Shown: positions 20,344 through 27,682 of the stretch, in pieces
Layout of the letters: every line of letters begins with the position of its first letter
How positions within the stretch are numbered: the stretch's first letter is position 1
Source of the DNA: Vulcanimicrobiaceae bacterium
GTDB taxonomy: Bacteria > Vulcanimicrobiota > Vulcanimicrobiia > Vulcanimicrobiales > Vulcanimicrobiaceae
DNA: 58,526 nt
Direction of reading: 5' to 3'
Assembly (NCBI GenBank): GCA_035701665.1
Contig: DASSRQ010000044.1
Span: 1-58,526, forward strand
The notes under the pieces: model-generated
Told to the model about the DNA's origin: nothing
What the model saw: the letters and a program-made list of their open reading frames with translations, nothing else
The model's database searches: none
Translations under genes and position numbers: made by a program

Positions 20344-21391
20344 TTGCGACCGAGAGTGCGTCGTCCATCGAAACGCTTCCCGCGACGAGATGCAGCAGGC
20401 CGTTTTCGCGCCACATCACGCCCGCACCGAGCCCGGTGTTGTCGCCGATGGCGAGTCCCGGCGAGCCCTGTACGGTCACTTTTTGCGCGTGCTGCTTGCG
20501 TGCATCGAATGGGATAGGCAGTGTCGTGCGCGCATTGTCTATCGCACTCAATTGCTGCACGAGTTCCGGAGAGATGCCGGGCAGTTTTACGAGATACGCT
20601 TCGAGCTGCTCGAGCGTTGCACCGGTGGATGACACGACGGGCGCCGTGGTTTGCACGACCTCGAGCATGTCGCGACTACTCCCGTACCGCGCTTCGAAGA
20701 CCGCGCCGGTGCGCACGCGTACCGTGGTTCCGTCCAACTCCGCGGGCATCGCGGGCAGTGCCCGGTGAGAACGCGCCGCGAACGCGCGCGCCTTTGCCGC
20801 GCTGAACGTGAACGTCCACTCGCCCGGCGAGCTCACGAAGTAGCTCGCCTTCGCGGCAATCCCCTGCGGCAGCGCGCGCGGAACTTCCGGTGCGAACGAA
20901 AGCCGGCTGCGGGCTTGCGCCAGCGACGCGTAGCGCGTGCGCGCTGCGGCCGTAACGATACGCTGCGTTCCGAACTGGCGCGCTTGCGGAACGAGGCGCA
21001 GATCGTGCACTTCCGACGGCGAGAGCTGAACCGGTTGAAACTGCTGCGGCTCGAAGATCGTCAGGAACGAACGCGCATACGAGCCGAGCGGCGTAAAGAG
21101 CAGCCCCACGACGAGCGCGGCTGCCGCCGCAAGTCCGGCGAAACGTTCGAATGCAAAACGGCGATCGTGCCGCTGCGCGGCGCGCGCACCGACGCGTGTA
21201 AGTGCGCGTTGCGTATCGGGCCGCGTTTCCACGGCAAGCGCGGCTCGCACCGAAGCTGCGTCGCGCTTGAGTGACTCGACCTCGCGCGCGCACTCCTCGC
21301 AGGTCTGAACGTGCGAACGAACCTGCGCGCCTGCCTCCTGCGGTTCGTCGATGAGACGCCGCAGCGTACCGGTATCCGGATGCATAGTCAT
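20330..21391 (-). CDS. Anti-sigma factor (zf-HC2), single-pass, with a large extracytoplasmic domain
   Basis: The start is ATG 21391 (MTMHPDTG), overlapping the sigma stop in an ATGA junction. It has an HxxxCxxC motif (SHVQTCEEC) and a TM helix FAGLAAAAALVVGLLF. Confidence 0.8.
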   Translation of the reverse strand: MTMHPDTGTLRRLIDEPQEAGAQVRSHVQTCEECAREVESLKRDAASVRAALAVETRPDTQRALTRVGARAAQRHDRRFAFERFAGLAAAAALVVGLLFTPLGSYARSFLTIFEPQQFQPVQLSPSEVHDLRLVPQARQFGTQRIVTAAARTRYASLAQARSRLSFAPEVPRALPQGIAAKASYFVSSPGEWTFTFSAAKARAFAARSHRALPAMPAELDGTTVRVRTGAVFEARYGSSRDMLEVVQTTAPVVSSTGATLEQLEAYLVKLPGISPELVQQLSAIDNARTTLPIPFDARKQHAQKVTVQGSPGLAIGDNTGLGAGVMWRENGLLHLVAGSVSMDDALSVANGLK

Positions 21392-21912
21392 GAAAGCTCC
21401 TTTTTGAGCGCGCGCTCGGCGCGGGCCAAGCGCGTCCCAATCTGATTGACGGCAAGTCCTAATGCGTCCGCACACTCTTGGTATGTGAGCCCGCCATAAC
21501 GAAGCGCGAGCAGCGCCGCGTCCGCCTCGCGAAGCCGCAGAAGCGCGGCGCGAACCGCAGCGCGATCGCTTTGCTGCACGGCGATGCGCTGCGGGTCGGC
21601 CTGCTCTTGCGCATCGTTTTGCGCCGCAAGGTACAAACGGAAGCTGCGCGATTCGCGCAGCGACTGCCGCGTACGGCGTCGAATCGCATTGAGCGCATGG
21701 TGCGCGCAAGCCGCATGCAGCCAGCGGGCCGCGCCGTCGTCGAACCGGCCGCGTCGCGCGAGTTGTACGAACGCCTCTTGAGCGGCATCCTCCGCTTCGG
21801 CGGCATCGCCCGTTATTCGCGCGGCGATAGCCACGGCGCGCGGATACTCGCGCGCGAACAGCGTTTCGAAAGCCTCGTGTACCGCGTGCGGCACCGCAGC
21901 TGCTGCCATCAT
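21388..21912 (-). CDS. ECF-type RNA polymerase sigma-70 factor
   Basis: The start is ATG 21912 (MMAAAAVPH). The region-2-like sequence is AEDAAQEAFVQL. The region-4 HTH is LRYGGLTYQECADALGLAVNQIGTRLARA. Confidence 0.9.
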   Translation of the reverse strand: MMAAAAVPHAVHEAFETLFAREYPRAVAIAARITGDAAEAEDAAQEAFVQLARRGRFDDGAARWLHAACAHHALNAIRRRTRQSLRESRSFRLYLAAQNDAQEQADPQRIAVQQSDRAAVRAALLRLREADAALLALRYGGLTYQECADALGLAVNQIGTRLARAERALKKELS

Positions 21913-21991
21913 ATCTTTATAGCACCGCCCGGAGACGCTTTGTAACGCGGCGGCGTTATATTTCCAAACAAACTGACGATAAGGTGTACAA

Positions 21992-22666
21992 ATGGAGGGC
22001 TTCAGCGGCAGATCGTTCGTGGTCCGCGTAGACGAAGCAACGGCTTTCGCCTCGGACTCGACGTTTTTTGAGGACCTCGGTTTCCTTGCCGGCCAAGACG
22101 TGGCGGCCATCGTCGTCGCCCCGTCGGCAAAAGCCGGCCGCGCGCTCGTGCGCACCATCAATCGCAGCGGAAACCGCGCCGTCGGCTTGTGCGGTGCGGA
22201 CGCCGGAATGCTCCCGGGAGCAAACGGCGGCATCGGCAGCGTTCAAACCGGTATTCTTCAAACGCTCACGCGCGCAGGATACATTCCGGTCATCGAGCCG
22301 ACGGCATATAGCGTCTTCGGCGAACGCGACGAACGCGTCGGCGCCGACGACGTTGCGCGCGCCGTCGCAGCCGCTACGGACGCCGTTCGCGCAATCTTCT
22401 TTCACGCGCTCGGCGGCGTGGCCGACCCGCAGACGGAAGCGCTGATCGCCGAACTGACGCCCGCGGAGGCGCTAACGATTGCCGGCGACGCGCGCATCCC
22501 GGCAGATTTGCGGACGGCAATTCGCGCCGCTGCGCTCGGCGTACGCGGGGGCGTCGGCGCTGCGCAAATCGTCGACGGCCGGATCGCTCATGCGACCGTC
22601 GTGGAGTTGCTAACCGCGCGCCATTTAGGCACGCAGGTGACGGGCGGCGTTTTTACCGGCGCGTAG
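21992..22666 (+). CDS. Amino-acid-kinase family (ArgB-like) protein with degenerate catalytic motifs
   Basis: 224 aa that align by eye to acetylglutamate kinase. AVGLCGADAGML matches AVGLFLGDGDSV. AGYIPVIEP matches NGYLPVVSS. The C-terminal ...ELLTARHLGTQV is also ArgB-like. Confidence 0.7.
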   Translation: MEGFSGRSFVVRVDEATAFASDSTFFEDLGFLAGQDVAAIVVAPSAKAGRALVRTINRSGNRAVGLCGADAGMLPGANGGIGSVQTGILQTLTRAGYIPVIEPTAYSVFGERDERVGADDVARAVAAATDAVRAIFFHALGGVADPQTEALIAELTPAEALTIAGDARIPADLRTAIRAAALGVRGGVGAAQIVDGRIAHATVVELLTARHLGTQVTGGVFTGA

Positions 22667-23861
22667 CGCAGGCGTCGGCCGCGCCCTGAAACGCAGCGAT
22701 GCGCGGACCGGGCGCCGGATGCGGCGAGAGATACCACAAATCGAGTTCGCTGGGACAAACGGGCACCAGGGCTTGATCGGCGCGCCGGATCTGCATGCGG
22801 ATCGCACTTGCCGGATCGTGCGTTATTGCCAGCGCCGCGCGATCGGCCGAGATATCGAGATTGCGCGAATAGCCGTTATAAAATGGCGCCGCGACAAGGT
22901 AGACCAGCCCGATGATCGCGCCGAGCAGCGCAAGGCGCGAGACCGGATCGTCGTCGCGGCGGAAACCGATGCGGTCGCTGATCGTAACGGCAAGCGCAGC
23001 GCCGAGAATTAAAAACGCGCCCTGTACCAATGCGAGATCGAGCGCGGTGTTCGATGATATCCAAACCATCGCCCGGGCGACGACGTAGCGCATCTCTTCT
23101 TCCGTTTGCGACGCCAGCAGCGTGTCGGTGACGACGATCCGCTGCGATGAACCCAACCCCGAAACGAACGCGGTACCTAAACGCGTGCGCGAAGCGATCC
23201 GCTGTTCTTCGATCGGCGCGGTGATGCCGGTGCGCGCACGCATCGAGGCGATATCGCCTGCGAGCGTTCGCGTCAGCGCCGGCGGCTCGAGCGCGGGAAC
23301 CGCTACGGCGGGGCCTGCGAACGCCGCCAATAATGAAACCGCCATGATGCCGGCGAGCGTGTAGAGATACCATTGATGCGTCCGGTCGGCGAGCCACAGG
23401 ACGGCGGCAGCTAAAAAACCGGCAACGAGCATCGCGACGAGCGTGCCGCCTATCCATCCGAGCAGCCACGTTCGAAACAGCTGTTCGGTCAAGCCCATGA
23501 TGCGCAGGTAGCGGTACTGCGCCGCGAGCGGAATGAACGCGACGGCTTTATCGAGCAGCGCGAGCGCCGCGCCGAAAGCAAACCGGACCCAGAATTCGGA
23601 CCCAATCTCCGCGCGTAGCCGATCGCGCAGCGCCGCGGATTGGCCCGAACGCCAGAACCACGCGAGTACGCCGATCTGCAGCGCGACGACGATAACCCAC
23701 AGCAGCAGCTGCATCTGTTCCAGATGCGTCGCTGCCGCGGCGCGAAGGGGATCGACCAGGTCAAACGGCGAGCGCGTGAGCAGATCGTGCGCGGGAATCG
23801 CGCTGACTTCGCGGTCCAGCGCGTTCGGCCGGGCGATGGCAAGCGCAACGAGTGCCGTCAT
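22653..23861 (-). CDS. M48 (Ste24/HtpX-like) family membrane protein lacking the HExxH motif
   Basis: 402 aa with multiple TM helices. SSQRIVVTDTLLASQTEEEMRYVVARAMVWI aligns to the M48 consensus ...RIVLFDTLL..L..EEIEAVLAHELGH. Confidence 0.75.
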   Translation of the reverse strand: MTALVALAIARPNALDREVSAIPAHDLLTRSPFDLVDPLRAAAATHLEQMQLLLWVIVVALQIGVLAWFWRSGQSAALRDRLRAEIGSEFWVRFAFGAALALLDKAVAFIPLAAQYRYLRIMGLTEQLFRTWLLGWIGGTLVAMLVAGFLAAAVLWLADRTHQWYLYTLAGIMAVSLLAAFAGPAVAVPALEPPALTRTLAGDIASMRARTGITAPIEEQRIASRTRLGTAFVSGLGSSQRIVVTDTLLASQTEEEMRYVVARAMVWISSNTALDLALVQGAFLILGAALAVTISDRIGFRRDDDPVSRLALLGAIIGLVYLVAAPFYNGYSRNLDISADRAALAITHDPASAIRMQIRRADQALVPVCPSELDLWYLSPHPAPGPRIAAFQGAADACATRR

Positions 23862-23875
23862 TACGGCTCTGTTCG

Positions 23876-25015
23876 CTACTCGTGAACGGCAAAGCCTCCG
23901 GCGCGGCAGAAGGAGACGCAGTCGCGCCCGGCGCGCTTGCTGTTGTACATCGCGGCATCGGCCAGTTCCAACAACGCACCGGCTTCGGATGCGTCGTAAG
24001 GAAACGCTGCGACGCCGACGCTCGCCGTCAGCGCGCCGTACCGTCCGAAGTCATGCGCGCGAACGGCCTCGCAAAAGGCTTGCGCGCGTTCGATAGCGGC
24101 GACCTTATGCACGTCGCGAACGATCGCGCAAAACTCGTCGCCGCCGTTACGCGCCGGCGTGTCGAGGCCCGCCGTCGTATGCGCGCGCAGCAGCGCCGCC
24201 ATCGTCTGCAGTACTTCGTCTCCCGCGGCGTGACCGAATCCGTCGTTCACGGCTTTGAAGCGGTCGGTATCGATAAACCACAGCGCGAAACTCGCGTTGC
24301 CGGACGCGCGCGCCGCCGCCACGTCCGCACGGAGCAGATCGCGCAACGCGCGCGGGGCGTACAATCCCGTCAGGCTGTCGAACGTCGCGCGCGCCCGATC
24401 GTCCTCCCGCTCGAGTGCCAGCGCGAACGGTCCGGCACTTTGTTCGACCAGCTGCGCGATCGTATCCGACTGCAGTTTTGCGCACGAGGATGAGACGTAC
24501 GCAACCGCACAGACGGCGTCGCCCTTACGCAGCGGTACCGCCAGTGCGTCGGCGTCTGAGGGGATCAGCCGCTCGTCTTGCGCGCGTGCCGCTGCTCGTG
24601 CTCGCGTCCGGGCGGCCCGGGCGGCCGGCGTTTCGCCGTCCCGGCGCAGGCGCACCGTGTGATAGTGGCGGGCGCGGCTTCCGAATGCGTACGCGGCGTA
24701 CAAATCGCTCGCGTCGAGCTGAAAAACGACGAAAGCATCCGCCGCGGGATCGGCCGCGCGTATCGCTTCGCCTAATGCTGCGAGCACGGCCCGCGGCGAC
24801 TCACGGCTCGCAGCGCCGAGCGCCTTCACCGCGTCGAGCATGGTACGCTCGCGCCGCACCTGACCCGACAAGCGGGTTTCGCAGGCGACGGCTCGCGCGC
24901 GCATCGCGCCCGCGTAGGCGACCGAGGATAAACAGAGAAGCGCCACCGCAAGCAATGCCAACCCCACCCCCAGGCCAGTACCCCGAGCATGCGGCCCAAT
25001 CAGCCACGCCTTCAC
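23876..25015 (-). CDS. Diguanylate cyclase (GAF-like N-domain + GGDEF)
   Basis: DSLTGLYAPRAL ... FIDTDRFKAVNDGFGHAAGDEVL ... RNGGDEFCAIV ... SVGVA. The start is uncertain. GTG 25015 includes a TM helix (GLGVGLALLAVALLCLSSVAYAG). ATG 24904 excludes it. Confidence 0.85.
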   Translation of the reverse strand: MKAWLIGPHARGTGLGVGLALLAVALLCLSSVAYAGAMRARAVACETRLSGQVRRERTMLDAVKALGAASRESPRAVLAALGEAIRAADPAADAFVVFQLDASDLYAAYAFGSRARHYHTVRLRRDGETPAARAARTRARAAARAQDERLIPSDADALAVPLRKGDAVCAVAYVSSSCAKLQSDTIAQLVEQSAGPFALALEREDDRARATFDSLTGLYAPRALRDLLRADVAAARASGNASFALWFIDTDRFKAVNDGFGHAAGDEVLQTMAALLRAHTTAGLDTPARNGGDEFCAIVRDVHKVAAIERAQAFCEAVRAHDFGRYGALTASVGVAAFPYDASEAGALLELADAAMYNSKRAGRDCVSFCRAGGFAVHE

Positions 25016-26256
25016 AAGCGGCCATCGACGCCAACCGGCTCGGAACGTCGCTGCGCGCGCAGGGACGGCTCGACGAAGCGGCCCGCGCGTTCGCACGCGG
25101 GATCGACGCGCAAGACGGCATCGCCGAACTGCACTACAACTTGGGCGTAACGTTGACGCACCTGCAGCGCTACGATCAAGCGCGCACGAGTTTCCTACGC
25201 GCGGCTGCGCTGGATGCAAACAACGCCGGCGCGCATTTTGCGCTCTACGAACTCGAACAGATGGCCGGAAACCGCGAGACGGCTCTCGAGCATCAGCGCG
25301 ATGCGCTGGCCGTTCAGACGCTGTACAGCGCTTATGCGCCGCAGGAAGAACGGCGGCTGCTCGTGCTGCTCGCGCCCGGCGACTGGCAAGCAAACGTGCC
25401 GGTGGATTATCTCGTCGATCCCGCGCGCACAACCGTTCACCGCTTGTTTCTGGCGAAGGACAGCGATGCCGGCGCCGCGCTGCCGTCCGCCGATGCGGTT
25501 TTTTGCGCGATCGCGCAGTCGCCCGAGAATCATGCGCGTCTCGAATGGGCACAGCGCGTCGTGCGGCGCAGCGGATTACCGCTCATCAACGATCCGGACG
25601 ACGTTGCACGGGCGGACCGCGCGTACGTGTACGAACGGCTCTCGCACATCGATCGCGTGCGCGTTCCGCAGACGTCGGTTGCCGATCGCGACGCCTTGCG
25701 AACCATCGCGTTTCCGGCGGTCGTGCGGCCCGTAGGGTCGCAGGCGGGACGCGACCTCGCAAAAATCGATGACGATTCCGCGTTGACGGGCTACCTGAAG
25801 ACGACGGACGCTCAATCGTTTTACGTCATGCCGTTCGTGGATTATTCGAATGCCGACGGATACTTCCGTAAATACCGCATCTTCGTCGTGGACGGCGTTC
25901 CGCTGCCGTGCCATTTGGCAATCTCGAAACATTGGATGATTCACTATTACAACGCGCCGATGCGCGAGCATCAATGGATGCGCGACGAAGAACGCACCGC
26001 CCTCGAGGACTTCGATAGCGTCTTTCCGGAGCCGTTGCGCCGCGCAATGAGTGAGATCGCTTCGGCGCTGCATCTCGACTACGTCGGACTCGACTGCTCG
26101 ATCGATCGCGACGGCAATTTGCTCGTTTTCGAGGCGGATCCGGCCATGATCGTGCACGCCGCGGACGATCCGCAGATGTTCGGTTACAAACATCGCGCCG
26201 CGCACGCCATCTTCGATGCTTTCGCCGCCTTGGTGGACCGTGCTCGATCCGTCTGA
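24955..26256 (+). CDS. TPR repeat + ATP-grasp (RimK/glutathione-synthetase-like) ligase
   Basis: TPR-like sequence is LGTSLRAQGRLDEAARAFARGI..AELHYNLGVTL. The ATP-grasp-like C-terminal half is AVVRPVGSQAGRDLAKI ... YFRKYRIFVVDGVPLPCHLAIS ... YVGLDCSIDRDGNLLVFEADPAM. Confidence 0.8.
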   Translation: MPTPPPGQYPEHAAQSATPSQAAIDANRLGTSLRAQGRLDEAARAFARGIDAQDGIAELHYNLGVTLTHLQRYDQARTSFLRAAALDANNAGAHFALYELEQMAGNRETALEHQRDALAVQTLYSAYAPQEERRLLVLLAPGDWQANVPVDYLVDPARTTVHRLFLAKDSDAGAALPSADAVFCAIAQSPENHARLEWAQRVVRRSGLPLINDPDDVARADRAYVYERLSHIDRVRVPQTSVADRDALRTIAFPAVVRPVGSQAGRDLAKIDDDSALTGYLKTTDAQSFYVMPFVDYSNADGYFRKYRIFVVDGVPLPCHLAISKHWMIHYYNAPMREHQWMRDEERTALEDFDSVFPEPLRRAMSEIASALHLDYVGLDCSIDRDGNLLVFEADPAMIVHAADDPQMFGYKHRAAHAIFDAFAALVDRARSV

Positions 26257-27682
26257 TTGGGAAGCGTTTCGCAGCGCGGCGCACCGCGCGCTGGACGATG
26301 CGATCGACTCGCTGCGCGACGTACGCGACGAGCCGGTGTGGCAGCAAGTCCCGGACGAGATCAAGGCGCGGCTGCGCGAACCGATGCCGGACCGGCCGCG
26401 TGCGTTCGAGGACGTCTACGGCGAGTATCGCGAGACGATCGCACCGTACGTCACCGGCAACATCCATCCGCGTTTTTGGGGATGGGTGCACGGCAGCGGC
26501 ACGCCGGGCGGTGCGATTGCCGATATGCTCGCGGCATTCATGAACTCGAACGTCGGCGGACGCGATCACGGCGCCGTCTACGTCGAACGCCAGGTCATCG
26601 GCTGGTTCCGCGATCTGTTCGGGATGCCGGCAGACGCGAGCGGACTGCTCGTAAGCGGCTCGTCCGCCGCTAATTTTATCGCGGTGCTGGCGGCACGCAC
26701 GCGCGCGCAGGAGAACGTTCGCGCAACCGGCGTGCACCAGCACGATGCGCCGCTAGTCGGATACGCGTCTGCGGCTACGCACGCATGCGTACGCAAGGCG
26801 TTCGAAAACGCCGGACTCGGCTCGGCCGCGCTGCGCGTGCTGCCGGTCGACGCGAATCACCGCATGGACGTGAACGCGCTTCGTACGACGATCGAATCGG
26901 ACCGCAGCACGGGAAACCGTCCGTTCTTGATCGTGGGCAACGCCGGCACAGTCGACGTCGGCGCGATCGATCCGTTAAAAGAACTAGCGGAGATCGCGCA
27001 GCGCGAGCAGATCTGGCTGCATGTCGACGGTGCGTTCGGCGCGCCCGCGTACCTTTCGCAAACGCTGCGCGGGAAACTCGCCGGCATCGAGTCCGCCGAT
27101 TCCATCGCGTTCGACTTTCACAAATGGCTGCACGTACCGTACGATGCGGGCTGCGTGCTCGTTCGCGACGGCGCGGTGCATCGCGCTACGTTTGCAAGCG
27201 AAGGACCGTACATCACGCGGATGCCGCGCGGCCTGGCCGCGGGCGAGCCGTGGTTTACGGACTACGGTCCCGAACTCTCGCGGGGATTCCGCGCGCTCAA
27301 GGTCTGGTTCACGCTCAAAGAACACGGCAGCCAAAAACTGGCGCACGCGATCGAACGAAACTGCGAACAAGCCCGGATGTTCGCATCTCTTGTGGACGCG
27401 CATCCGCTCTTCGAACGCGTAGCGCCGGTCGAGCTGCAGATCGTCGTGTTCCGGCCCGTCCTTCCGGGAATAAGCCCCGTCGAGATCGATACGATTGTGG
27501 ATGAAGCCGCTATTCGCGTTCAGGAGTCGGGCGAAGCCGTGCTCTCTTCGACGACCGTCGAAGGACGGCGCGCGCTGCGCGTTTGCATTACGAACCACCG
27601 GACGCAGGATGCCGACCTGCAGCGGCTGCCTGCGCTGCTCGAAGCCGTCATAGGAGAGATGCGATCTACGCGAGCAGGCTGA
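26216..27682 (+). CDS. Pyridoxal-dependent (group II) amino-acid decarboxylase
   Basis: 488 aa. SGSSAANFIAV ... WLHVDGAFGA ... SIAFDFHKWLHVPYDAGCVLV, which carries the PLP-lysine motif. The start is ATG 26216 or GTG 26240. Both overlap the upstream stop at 26254-26256. Confidence 0.9.
   Translation: MLSPPWWTVLDPSDWEAFRSAAHRALDDAIDSLRDVRDEPVWQQVPDEIKARLREPMPDRPRAFEDVYGEYRETIAPYVTGNIHPRFWGWVHGSGTPGGAIADMLAAFMNSNVGGRDHGAVYVERQVIGWFRDLFGMPADASGLLVSGSSAANFIAVLAARTRAQENVRATGVHQHDAPLVGYASAATHACVRKAFENAGLGSAALRVLPVDANHRMDVNALRTTIESDRSTGNRPFLIVGNAGTVDVGAIDPLKELAEIAQREQIWLHVDGAFGAPAYLSQTLRGKLAGIESADSIAFDFHKWLHVPYDAGCVLVRDGAVHRATFASEGPYITRMPRGLAAGEPWFTDYGPELSRGFRALKVWFTLKEHGSQKLAHAIERNCEQARMFASLVDAHPLFERVAPVELQIVVFRPVLPGISPVEIDTIVDEAAIRVQESGEAVLSSTTVEGRRALRVCITNHRTQDADLQRLPALLEAVIGEMRSTRAG

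Noticed and set aside
23876-26743. The N-terminal about 180 aa of ORF 23876-25552, the first 180 aa of ORF 24415-26256, and antisense ORFs 25576-26364 and 25826-26743
   Set aside because: They are highly Arg/Pro/Ala-rich and mutually overlapping. Recognisable domains (GGDEF, TPR/ATP-grasp, PLP decarboxylase) begin only at the internal starts I used.
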